Shown here: in pieces, positions 40,284 to 49,670 of the stretch
Position numbering within the stretch: position 1 is the first letter of the stretch
Layout of the letters: every line of letters begins with the position of its first letter
Made by a program: the position numbers and the translations under genes
Assembly (NCBI GenBank): GCA_964502605.1
Contig: CAZCXK010000017.1
Span: forward strand, 8,681 to 62,875
Direction: 5' to 3'
From: an uncultured bacterium
Lineage (GTDB): Bacteria > Cyanobacteriota > Cyanobacteriia > CAZCXK01
DNA length: 54,195 nucleotides
Notes under the pieces: model-generated
What the model saw: only the letters and a program-made list of their open reading frames with translations
Database searches by the model: none
What the model was told of the DNA's origin: nothing

Positions 40284-41504
40284 ATGACTATACGACAGCT
40301 GTCCCTTCGGCATTTGCGTGCGGCGGCGATCGCCACCGTTAGCACCTTAAGTCTGAGCCTCCCCGGTTGGACCGTTTCGTTTGGGCAACGAGAGGTAGAT
40401 CAATCTCGATTTGTGGCGATCGCCTCTCCAGTGGGCAGCAGCGGACATCAACTGCTGATTCTAGAACAAGTCTCTGATGCCCGTTCCTGCTGGCGCGAAG
40501 TGGGTAGCAACCCGACGCGCATTGACCCACTGCTGCTAAATTTTGACTTCTCTGGCATTTGCGGTCGCAGCACCGATAGCAATGGCTACTCCATCCGAGC
40601 CGCCGGAGAAGACCTGGGTTTGAGTTATTCCTTACGAGTTGTCAATCGTGAGGGCAATCTGGTTCTGGTTGGGTCTCCATTTAACCGTCGCGGAGGTGAT
40701 ATCGAAATTGGCCGCGCCAGTGGTGCCGCTCAAGACTACGTCAAGATTTCGCTCAATCCTGCCTGGCGATTCACCAAACGCACTTACGGAGATAGAACCC
40801 TGGGACATATCTATCTCACGCGTGATACGCCAGTGCCACCTCCCGGCACAGAGCCCACTCCCCCGCCATCTGAGCCAGAGACACCACCACCGCCGTCAGG
40901 AACTATCCCATTTGGAGATGTGGCAGGCGATATTTATGCCCAAGATATTCAGCAGGCAGTGGAGCTGGGCTTTATTGCTGGCTTTGCAGAAGATAATACA
41001 TTTCGCCCATTGGCCTCTCTCACCCGCGAACAAATTGTGTCAATGGTGCTAGAAGCTCTCACAACCTTGCCAGATAGCAATCTCAGCTTGCCAACTCAAA
41101 CCAGTCAAGCTCCCTATCCTGACGTGGCATCGTCTCGCTGGAGTGCTGCCAAGATTCAATTTGCTCGTGAGAATGCCATTGTCAGTGGCTATCCTGATGG
41201 TACGTTTCGGCCAACTCAAGCCGTGACCCGTGCCGAATTAATGGCAATTCTGCGACGAGCAGCTGAATATGGTCGTTCTTTGCAGAACCAAGTGACCGAT
41301 TTGGACTCAAGCCAAGAACCGTTTGCCTTTGCTGATACGTCAGGTCACTGGGCTGCTGCGCTGATTGAGCAAATGTCGGCCTATTGCGGCGTAGCATCGC
41401 CCTACAACGAACAGGGTCGCAATTTCTTCCCTGACCAAGCCACCCAGCGCAACTATGCGGCGGCGGCCACGTTGCGAACCCTTAACTGCTTACAGCCAGA
41501 CTAG
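40284..41504 (+). CDS. DUF3747 domain plus S-layer homology (SLH) domain protein
   Basis: LLILEQ...R.CW, PLLLNFDFSGICGRSTDSNGYSIR; Pro-rich linker; SLH motifs (F.DV...GFIAG...TFRP...TRE, GYPDGTFRP...TRAE). Confidence 0.88.
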   Translation: MTIRQLSLRHLRAAAIATVSTLSLSLPGWTVSFGQREVDQSRFVAIASPVGSSGHQLLILEQVSDARSCWREVGSNPTRIDPLLLNFDFSGICGRSTDSNGYSIRAAGEDLGLSYSLRVVNREGNLVLVGSPFNRRGGDIEIGRASGAAQDYVKISLNPAWRFTKRTYGDRTLGHIYLTRDTPVPPPGTEPTPPPSEPETPPPPSGTIPFGDVAGDIYAQDIQQAVELGFIAGFAEDNTFRPLASLTREQIVSMVLEALTTLPDSNLSLPTQTSQAPYPDVASSRWSAAKIQFARENAIVSGYPDGTFRPTQAVTRAELMAILRRAAEYGRSLQNQVTDLDSSQEPFAFADTSGHWAAALIEQMSAYCGVASPYNEQGRNFFPDQATQRNYAAAATLRTLNCLQPD

Positions 41505-43137
41505 CGAATCCAGGATGGGGCTGGGCAATTGGCGCACCTGCAGCCTGTAACAGACTGCGGGCTGCAGCTTCCCCCGTTTTACAGGCTCCTTCCATATAGC
41601 CTTGGGCATCGAGGGAGCAATGTTCTCCGGCGAACCAGAGATTGCCCAATCGTTCCGCTTCTGCTCCGGCCAAGGCTGTCCACTGGCCAACGAGATAGCA
41701 GGAATATGATCCTTGCTGATAGGGCTCTCCAGACCAATAGGCTCGAATGGCTCGCCCGTCTCGCACGTTACCAATGCCAGGAAATAGCTGCTCAACTTGA
41801 GATGTGAGCTTCTGCGCCTGCATCTCGGGGCTCCCTGTCCCTAGAGATAACCCCTGCTGCCCTCCGGTGAGATTGGCCAGCCACCCACTGGATGCATAGC
41901 GACTGCTTTCCCAGATGCTCTGAAAGTCTAAGTCTGAGAACACCGTCGCAGTGGAGTGATAGCGAGTGCGCCAAATCGGCTGCTGATAATGCGTGAGCAA
42001 TTTGGTGTGGGTGCCATAGCCCAACTCGGCGATCGCCCGTTGTTTGATCGGGGGCAAATCGACATCTAGGGCAATCGTTCGCAGTACACTAAACGGCAGC
42101 GCCAAGACAATACGCTCATAGATCCGTTCAAAGCTGGAAACTCCTCGATGCAGGCTCACCTGATAGCGACCGTCAGCCTGAAGGCGGAGCGATTCGAGAG
42201 CCGTTCCTGTTTCAATCTCGTTGGATAGACGTTGGGCAAGGCGCTGAGGCACTTGCTCATTGCCGCCGACAATCGTGTAACGTTCATCGCTAGTGCCATA
42301 GATTGCCCACTCGTCAGAATTTGTTCCAATCAGGCCCAAAAGATTGAGACAAGATTGCTCCTCTGGGTCGCGGCCAAACTCATTGAGATAGGCCACTTGG
42401 AGCAGCGTTTTGAGGGTCGTATCCCCGTTTAGTGAGTCTAAGTAATCTGACAAAGAAATCTGGTCGAGCTGGGCGGCGGCGCGGCTGTGCGATCGATAGG
42501 TAATGGGGTGCGGCCCCAGCCGTTGTACATCATGGGCGATCTGCTGCGCAATGGGGCGCATGGCAGGAATGATGGCAGACACATCTAACGAATGGCCGTC
42601 AAAATACCAGGTTTGCGGTGCATATCCCACATCGCTTTGCTGCAAGTCAACCAGGTCTAAGCCGAGTTCGAGTGCGAGCGATCGCAGCCAGGTATGATTG
42701 GTGTCAATAAATTCGCCCCCTAGCTCAACCGCCAGAGAGTTGGCCGGGTCGAAGTCGCTGGTGTGAATCAGGCTCCGCATCCGTCCACCAATTCGTGGCG
42801 CAGCTTCAATGATATCCACTGGGATGCCTGCTTGCTTGAGGCGATAGGCAGCTGTGAGGCCAGCAATGCCAGCCCCAACGATTAGCACCTTAGACCTATT
42901 GCCAGATGTGGTACCTGGAGTCGAGGCAACTGAGTTATCTGCAAGTTGTCGTTGACGGGCGATCGCCTGAATTCCAAGTCCAGCGGTCAACGCCATGCCT
43001 CTCTGGAGCAATTGCCGTCTAGAGATAGATTCATGAACTAGCGCTTCGACATGATCATAGGGGCAGTCATACTGTCTGGAACGCTGAGTCAGTCGATAAA
43101 CGTCGCGGAGTAAATCAATCAGAATATGTTTAGCCAT
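41482..43137 (-). CDS. Flavin-dependent amine oxidase family protein with twin-arginine motif
   Basis: SRRQLL, IVGAGIAGL, RIGGR, ELGGEFI, FAGEHCS...GYMEGA. Confidence 0.9.
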   Translation of the reverse strand: MAKHILIDLLRDVYRLTQRSRQYDCPYDHVEALVHESISRRQLLQRGMALTAGLGIQAIARQRQLADNSVASTPGTTSGNRSKVLIVGAGIAGLTAAYRLKQAGIPVDIIEAAPRIGGRMRSLIHTSDFDPANSLAVELGGEFIDTNHTWLRSLALELGLDLVDLQQSDVGYAPQTWYFDGHSLDVSAIIPAMRPIAQQIAHDVQRLGPHPITYRSHSRAAAQLDQISLSDYLDSLNGDTTLKTLLQVAYLNEFGRDPEEQSCLNLLGLIGTNSDEWAIYGTSDERYTIVGGNEQVPQRLAQRLSNEIETGTALESLRLQADGRYQVSLHRGVSSFERIYERIVLALPFSVLRTIALDVDLPPIKQRAIAELGYGTHTKLLTHYQQPIWRTRYHSTATVFSDLDFQSIWESSRYASSGWLANLTGGQQGLSLGTGSPEMQAQKLTSQVEQLFPGIGNVRDGRAIRAYWSGEPYQQGSYSCYLVGQWTALAGAEAERLGNLWFAGEHCSLDAQGYMEGACKTGEAAARSLLQAAGAPIAQPHPGFASLAVSS

Positions 43138-43398
43138 ACCAGGTGCGCGAGATCATGACGCGAGATAATAAGAGTAAATCAAGCTTGTACGAATGCTCTA
43201 ATTCAATGATGCTTGGCTGGCACGCTAGTTCTACACTATCCCAAGTCCAGCTCAAGAACTGAGAGCATCTCACTGGCAAAGCTCCAACTCTAGGCCGAGA
43301 CGCTAGATTCCGTCAGAGCTTAAAGCTAGTGCTGGTTGAGAGCTATAAATTAAATTGTGCAAAGGGCCTAAATCTGTCCACTCACTTGAGGAAAGACC

Positions 43399-44553
43399 GT
43401 GCTGCTATCAAAAGGCTTTGAGATTGAAATGTATACCGGAACGCGTCAGGGGGAAATCGTTGGCTTCTCTGATCAGATTGTGGCGGCACTGGATGGATTT
43501 GTCCGCGAGCCTGACGCACGAAATGTTGAATATACGACAGCTCCACTCTGTCGATACGATCAACTGCTGTGTGAATTGGTGCAGCCGCGCCGCCGATTGC
43601 GTTCGTTTCTCAGGCAATTGGGAGACTACACTGTGATTCCAGGCAGCACATTGGCATTGGGAGGGAGCGATCGCTTCTATCGTTCTGATCCGGCAAACCC
43701 CTATCATACTTATATCGAACAGACTTATGGCACTACGGTTGTGACCGCTAGTGTCCATATTAATGTCGGCATTTCAAACTCAGAAGAACTGATGCGAGCC
43801 TGTCGTCTGATTCGGGTTGAAGCTCCGTTGTATCTAGCACTAAGTGCGTCATCTCCGTTTTTAGACGGTGAGGCTACGGGCTATCATTCCAGTCGGTGGC
43901 AGCTGTTCCCGAAGACGCCGTCAATGGTGCCGCTATTTGAAAGCCATCAACATTATATAGAGTGGACAGAAGACCAACTGCAGCAGGGGACAATGCAGAA
44001 CGTCCGCCATTTGTGGTCTTCAGTGCGCCCCAATGGCGATCGCCGCCCATATAACCTCAACCGCTTAGAGCTGCGTATCTGCGACTTAGTGAGCGACCCT
44101 ATTAGACTGTTGGCGATCGCCGCTCTACTAGAAATGCGGCTGCTACAGCTCTTGGCTGATCCATCCCTCGACCCGCTAGAAACGAGCACATTGCCGAGCG
44201 CGACTCGTGCTGATGATTTGGTTGCGATCACCGAGGCCAATGAATCTGCAGCGGCAAAACTCAGTCTCGACGCCGAATTAGTCCATTGGCAAGACGGCAA
44301 ACCGATTATCGCTCGTCAGTGGATTGAAGACCTCTATCAACAAGTGTCGCCCATTGCCAAAGCCAACGGTGTAGGCTGTTTTCTAACCCCATTGAAAAAG
44401 ATACTGAGAGAAGGGAATGAGGCCCAGCGCTGGTTAGGATTGCATATGCAAGGCGTCGATTGCCGCAGCATTATGACTCAGGCTATTCAACAGGCTGCCG
44501 AGCAAGAGCTGATTTTAGAAGATGAGCTGTGCCACTCAATGGTGGGGGTATAG
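43399..44553 (+). CDS. gshA: Glutamate--cysteine ligase (cyanobacterial type)
   Basis: KGFEIE, EPD.RNVEY, ASVHIN, LSASSPF, WSSVRPNG, RLELRICD. Confidence 0.92.
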   Translation: MLLSKGFEIEMYTGTRQGEIVGFSDQIVAALDGFVREPDARNVEYTTAPLCRYDQLLCELVQPRRRLRSFLRQLGDYTVIPGSTLALGGSDRFYRSDPANPYHTYIEQTYGTTVVTASVHINVGISNSEELMRACRLIRVEAPLYLALSASSPFLDGEATGYHSSRWQLFPKTPSMVPLFESHQHYIEWTEDQLQQGTMQNVRHLWSSVRPNGDRRPYNLNRLELRICDLVSDPIRLLAIAALLEMRLLQLLADPSLDPLETSTLPSATRADDLVAITEANESAAAKLSLDAELVHWQDGKPIIARQWIEDLYQQVSPIAKANGVGCFLTPLKKILREGNEAQRWLGLHMQGVDCRSIMTQAIQQAAEQELILEDELCHSMVGV

Positions 44554-45127
44554 CGATCGCCCCTCCACACCAAATTGCAGACTGATAAGTGAACTGCCGC
44601 AGAGGCAAGAGCCCCATTAGGAAGATCATCTGCTGTTAAAGCCCGCTGTGTACGCACATCTCTGGCGATACCTGCTACGCACAGGCAGAGTCTTTCATGT
44701 CGCGCAGCAAAATGCCCATGCCTCTCTCGGGAGACACTCCCCCAATTAGGGATGCAGAAACCCAGCAGCCATCGAGCGGCAGCAATGTAGCATTGTTCAG
44801 AGCTAGAGCAGTTGTGTGCATGGTAGCTGTTAAAAGCAGGGACATTCTTGGAAAATGTTCCCGAAATCAGACAGATATTAGAAAAACAAATAGCTTGTGT
44901 GCGCTAGATTGCATTCACTAGATTGTATTTAAAAGAGAAGCGATCGTTCGCCCTTACTGCATAGCCATGATGCTGGGTTTAGAGGCTTAGCACCGTTCTG
45001 GGCTTATTTAATGGAGAGTGGCTGCAACAGCCTTAAAATCGTCAAGTTATTCGGTTTCAAGGGTTCTAAGAGAGCGGTAGGATGATCAAGCAAACCGTCA
45101 AACTAGATGTGCAGCACCGTATGCGTC

Positions 45128-45589
45128 ATGCCTAAGGTTGTTCTTGTTCATCCTCAAATTCCGCCGAATACTGGCAATATTGCCCGCACCTGTGCCGCCA
45201 CCGGAACAGAACTGCACTTAGTCGGCCCTCTCGGGTTTGAAATCAGCGATCGCTATCTCAAGCGAGCTGGACTCGACTATTGGCCCTATGTCAGACTCCA
45301 TTATCACAAGTCCTGGCTCAGCTTTAAGACACATTATGAGAGCCAAGGTGGCCGCTGCATTGGGTTTAGCAAATCAGGACAGCACAACTTCATCCACTTT
45401 CAATTTAGCGACGATGACTGGCTGCTCTTTGGGCAAGAGACATCGGGCTTATCCGCTGACGTCTTAGAGGCATGTCACTCAACAGTGTATATCCCCATGA
45501 GTCAGGCCCATGTTCGCAGTCTCAATCTGTCTGTCAGTGCTGCGATTGGCTTGTTTGAGGCTCGGCGACAGCTCGGGTACTTAGAATAG
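45128..45589 (+). CDS. trmL: tRNA (cytidine(34)-2'-O)-methyltransferase
   Basis: PQIPPNTGNIARTC, KRAGLDYW, LFG.ET.GL, RSLNLS. Confidence 0.95.
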   Translation: MPKVVLVHPQIPPNTGNIARTCAATGTELHLVGPLGFEISDRYLKRAGLDYWPYVRLHYHKSWLSFKTHYESQGGRCIGFSKSGQHNFIHFQFSDDDWLLFGQETSGLSADVLEACHSTVYIPMSQAHVRSLNLSVSAAIGLFEARRQLGYLE

Positions 45590-46585
45590 AAGTTCTATGC
45601 TGTCGCCCCCATCCTGCTCTCAGAAACACTTTTAAAGCTACTCAAGTGCTGGCTAGTAAGTTGGGTCAGCGCATCAGGCATCGACTCTGTGCTGCTTTAT
45701 GATAGCCGTATAAAACTTGATAGCGGTCTGCCCCAACTTAGACTTAGTTAAGAGAAGCTCAACGCCTTTCATAATAAGCAACAAGAGCTTTGAGACATAT
45801 GACCTCATCCCTTAAATATTCTTTGACTAAGAAACGAATGAGTGGACATTAATCGAATGGATTGGCTACGCTAACTGGTTGTTGTCGTACCAGGATTGCA
45901 GTTGCCTACACTACAGAATACCTGATTCTTAGATAAGAAATTTATATTAGAAATTCTGTGGTCAGATGATTTTTATTGCGGGGGCGATCGCTCTCATCAA
46001 AGAACCATAAAGGGCGCAAACGGGTGCAAAATAGGGGCATAAATCTTGCCCCCCAGATTGACCGAATCAGGTGATGATCGAGGCTGAACTCTGATCACTT
46101 TTAGGGATAAGCCCTCTTAATAAGTCAATTGGAATTTGTAATCTATGGATATGGAGGTTTGCTAGATAGAATCATGAGAACCCCTGAAGCATAGAGGTTT
46201 TAGAGCATCCTAAACAATAGGAACTGGGTGGCGATCGCAGTTTTTCTACAATAACAAACTAGTTCTAAACCAATTTTCTGGTGAATCCATTAAGGGAGTA
46301 GGGTAAACTAACGTCTTAGTTCCTCACCATGCCGGATTATCGAAAACGATAGATGTAATAAAGAATGAGCCTACAGGTTAATTGACATTCTTTAGAACGC
46401 CAATACTTGAATTTTTTGGCCGCTGGTGTAATCTTGTGTAAATCAGAAAAGCAAGGTAATCTTACCTACGTTATGGGATGCTGTCAGTGATCTTGTCCAA
46501 GCTAACGATGTGATTTGCGTCATTGACTGACATCGGTTTATTGCATCTAGCACAGTTAAGCGCTGGTCATTTAGGAGGTCGTTCT

Positions 46586-48973
46586 TTGAAACGAGCATTT
46601 CCGAAGAAGATAAAGCCCATTATTTGCAGCCAAAGCGCTGCAGATTCTTTGACTGAATCATCCCGTCGGGCTATTCCCGAGGTCAATCGTAGAGCTCGCA
46701 CATCGGCTGCCATGATTAGTTTGGCTTTATCGATGGGGGCATCTGGTGTTCTCCTTCCAAGCCAGGATGATGGAGCAATTGCCGCAGAACCCAGGACAAG
46801 TTGGTTTGCTATGGTAGACGGAGCGCAAGCGCCCTCAGCTAAGTCTATGTCTGCTCAAGCCGATTGGGGGTCTCCGACAAAAGCTGCAGGTTCAGTATCC
46901 TCTGTCATCGAGCATGTGGTGAGGGAAGGCGAAACGCTATGGCGCATTTCGCGTCGATATAGCGTGAGTGTTGACTCGATCGTTAGCGCTAATGGCTTGA
47001 CATCTGGCGCTGTCTTGAAAGTTGGGCAGACGCTGCAAATTTCTGGAGCGTCCCAGACATCAAGCTCTACCGACGCAGCGGTTCCTGTTTCTGCCCCCGT
47101 AGTTGCATCCAATTCAACCACGAGTGTGGTTCGGGCTTCTCAGTCAACGGTCAATCGAAATTTGGCACAGCTTCAGGTGCTCACTATTTCGGAATCGATC
47201 AGGACGTCTCTGGCCGCAGATCAGACAGATGCTCTAGCTAATCTGCGCGAGAAGAGGAACCGCCTGAAGATCAGTTTGGCGGAGTTGCAGGATGAGGAGT
47301 CTGGTGTTTCGTTTGCGTCTGAGCCAGTTGATGATTTACAACGCCTGACGATTTCACAACAGGCCGAGGTGGCTTCTGATAGTGCGACTGAGCCTCCAGT
47401 GGTGAGTTCTCAGGCTCTCTTTGCTGAGCCAACGCGCACCATTTCTTCGTCTTCAGAACAGGCACAGCTTTTCTCCAACTCAACAGACGAATTTGTTGTT
47501 TATCACGTCGAGTCGGGTGATACGTTGGGGGCGATCGCCCGCAAGTATCAGGTTTCTCAAGAGTTTATTATTAAGGCCAATCAGATTGAACAGCCTGATC
47601 GCCTTGTTGCCAATCAATCTCTAATTATTCCCAAAGTTTCGTCAGATGCTCTAGGGGCAGATTTCTTCAGTTCTCTGGATGGAGATCTGCGTGACCAAGT
47701 CTCATCGACTCCGCTATCGCAGGCCGATGTCTCCAGCTTAGAGGGTGCCGCCAGCATCATTCATAAGGTTCTCCCTGGGGAAACAATTGGGGCGATCGCC
47801 AAGCACTACGATTTGTCACAGCGATCACTCGTTAGTCTCAATCGCCTTGCCGATCCGGATGTGATTCGGGATGGTCAAGAACTGGTGATTCCGTTGGAAG
47901 ATTTAGCTCCTCTTGGCAATTCTGGTGAAAATCCTGCCCGAGGCGGGTCTATGGTTGTCGCATTGCCCGTATTGGCTGCAGACGACCGCAACTCACCTCT
48001 ACGCTTGGTTGATAAGCCGACTCCATTGTCGCCTGTGGGTAAATCACGGATTGGCGATCGCCTGCTTGAGCACGATGTGGCAGTGTCTCAACCGGATGAA
48101 CGTCTGGCTGCAGCTTCTGAGCCGTTGCAAATTGCCATCCATTCACAAAATCTGTCTGCGTCTGCAGCATCCAGCTCAAGCCCGTATGTCGAGAATTTGA
48201 TGGCCGAAATTCGAGCCTTGGCCGATCAGTATCGAGAGGATAGTGCCACAGTTCAAATGCCTGCCCAATCATCCGAGCTGGTAGCGTCTTCATCAACTGA
48301 TTTGGGGGTGTTAGATCTGCAGCCGATGCCGCTTTCTGACTCGGTGAATCCCGAGTTTATTGTGCGAGACGAGGTGATTCCTACGGAGCAGGTTGTATCG
48401 CAGTCGTTTGCTCAGGCTTCAGAGACTAGAGAGAGCTCAGAGGCCTCAGAACGTTCATCTGTGGAGGTGGCGACCGCACCCTTAGGTTCGCAAAACTATC
48501 GGTTGAGTGAGCCCATCACAGGACGTATGGTGTCGCCAGACTTGCCACCGATGCCAGGGCCCGAAAATTATTTGCCTGAAGGCTCACCAGTCTTTAACGG
48601 CTATCTTTGGCCAGCACGGGGTGTGTTGACCTCTGGCTATGGCTGGAGGTGGGGACGAATGCATCAGGGTATTGATATCGCTGCTCCTGTGGGGACGCCT
48701 GTATTTGCCGCAGCGTCGGGTGTGATTGAATTTTCTGGCTGGAATTCAGGTGGCTATGGCAACATGGTTGACATTCGCCATCCGGATGGTAGCAAGACTC
48801 GATATGCTCACAACAGCCGCAATTTGGTACGTGTGGGGCAGGCAGTTGAGCAAGGTCAACAGATCGCACTAATGGGCAGCACTGGCTATAGCACCGGGCC
48901 TCATGTTCATTTTGAAGTGCACTTGCCCAACCGGGGTACGGTTAATCCGGTGGCATTATTGCCAAATCGATAG
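46586..48973 (+). CDS. nlpD: LysM x3 plus M23 peptidase (NlpD-like cell-wall protein)
   Basis: Three LysM repeats; M23 motifs HQGIDIA, YAH, STGPHVHFE; TTG start at 46586 after AGGAGG. Confidence 0.9.
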   Translation: MKRAFPKKIKPIICSQSAADSLTESSRRAIPEVNRRARTSAAMISLALSMGASGVLLPSQDDGAIAAEPRTSWFAMVDGAQAPSAKSMSAQADWGSPTKAAGSVSSVIEHVVREGETLWRISRRYSVSVDSIVSANGLTSGAVLKVGQTLQISGASQTSSSTDAAVPVSAPVVASNSTTSVVRASQSTVNRNLAQLQVLTISESIRTSLAADQTDALANLREKRNRLKISLAELQDEESGVSFASEPVDDLQRLTISQQAEVASDSATEPPVVSSQALFAEPTRTISSSSEQAQLFSNSTDEFVVYHVESGDTLGAIARKYQVSQEFIIKANQIEQPDRLVANQSLIIPKVSSDALGADFFSSLDGDLRDQVSSTPLSQADVSSLEGAASIIHKVLPGETIGAIAKHYDLSQRSLVSLNRLADPDVIRDGQELVIPLEDLAPLGNSGENPARGGSMVVALPVLAADDRNSPLRLVDKPTPLSPVGKSRIGDRLLEHDVAVSQPDERLAAASEPLQIAIHSQNLSASAASSSSPYVENLMAEIRALADQYREDSATVQMPAQSSELVASSSTDLGVLDLQPMPLSDSVNPEFIVRDEVIPTEQVVSQSFAQASETRESSEASERSSVEVATAPLGSQNYRLSEPITGRMVSPDLPPMPGPENYLPEGSPVFNGYLWPARGVLTSGYGWRWGRMHQGIDIAAPVGTPVFAAASGVIEFSGWNSGGYGNMVDIRHPDGSKTRYAHNSRNLVRVGQAVEQGQQIALMGSTGYSTGPHVHFEVHLPNRGTVNPVALLPNR

Positions 48974-49194
48974 AGCTTGCTCATGGGTTCTGGTGGTTAG
49001 TTAAATAGGGTGTATACAATCAAAGCATCCCCTCACTGCCAGAGCCAACACGTTGTGAAGAATGGCAAGCATCATCACCAAGACGGTACAGCGATCCAGA
49101 CTTATTCATGTGAAGACTAGCGTAAGCGATTCAGCGATCGCCCCAGCACCCCAATTTGCACGGTCGAGCTCCCCTGTCAATGTCGATAGCGACT

Positions 49195-49389
49195 TTCCTC
49201 GCGATAGTGGTGTAGCCAACGATGTGTCGTACTACGATGGCGGCTCACTATCTCTGCAACGTCCTGAATCTGTTGGCATTGACCACTTTTGAGTAGATAC
49301 AGAGCTTGTAGACGTTCTCGCTTGTCTGACTGACTTTGCTACACCATTAAGGCTTTGAGTGCCGTACTGCTTTGGTGTATCTCGATATG
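49195..49389 (-). pseudogene. IS630-family transposase N-terminal (HTH) remnant
   Basis: HIEIHQSSTALKALMV*QSQSDKRERLQALYLLKSGQCQQIQDVAEIVSRHRSTTHRWLHHYREE, with an internal stop. Confidence 0.75.
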
Positions 49390-49390
49390 G

Positions 49391-49652
49391 GTCATAGACT
49401 GACTGAATGCTTACACCAATGCCCTTTGCTTTGGCTTGATAAGCAGCTTTGACTGACGGTGCAATGCCACAAACCCTGGCTGGCTGACAAAACTCGTGAA
49501 AGGCTGACTCTCCCGTACCGTAGGCTTCGACTAAGCCCATCAAATTTACAATCGTCGAAAACAGTAATTCTCGCTGATATTGTCGTTGGGTTTACTGCTC
49601 AAACAATTCATCGATTTCCTCGGCGGGCAGACTCTGTTCTAACAGCACCCTC
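49391..49652 (-). pseudogene. IS4-type transposase fragment interrupted by a partial MITE A
   Basis: RVLLEQSLPAEEIDELFEQ*TQRQYQRELLFSTIVNLMGLV-[MITE]-VCGIAPSVKAAYQAKAKGIGVSIQSVYD. Confidence 0.75.
49476..49532. mobile_element. MITE family A, partial inverted copy
   Basis: Reverse complement matches the right-hand ~57 bp of the copies at 1120-1256 and 53200-53336. Confidence 0.85.
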
Positions 49653-49670
49653 GGAAATGTATGACCAGCG

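Noticed and set aside
46456-46469. GTA-N8-TAC as an NtcA site
   Set aside because: No TAN3T box 22-23 nt downstream, and such short matches are common by chance.
43140-49190. tRNA or known ncRNA in gaps around gshA, trmL and nlpD
   Set aside because: No cloverleaf or GTTCRA T-arm pattern recognised by eye; tRNAscan-SE or Infernal would be decisive.
49232-49543. 103-aa ORF as a real gene
   Set aside because: Mosaic of IS4, MITE and out-of-frame IS630 sequence.
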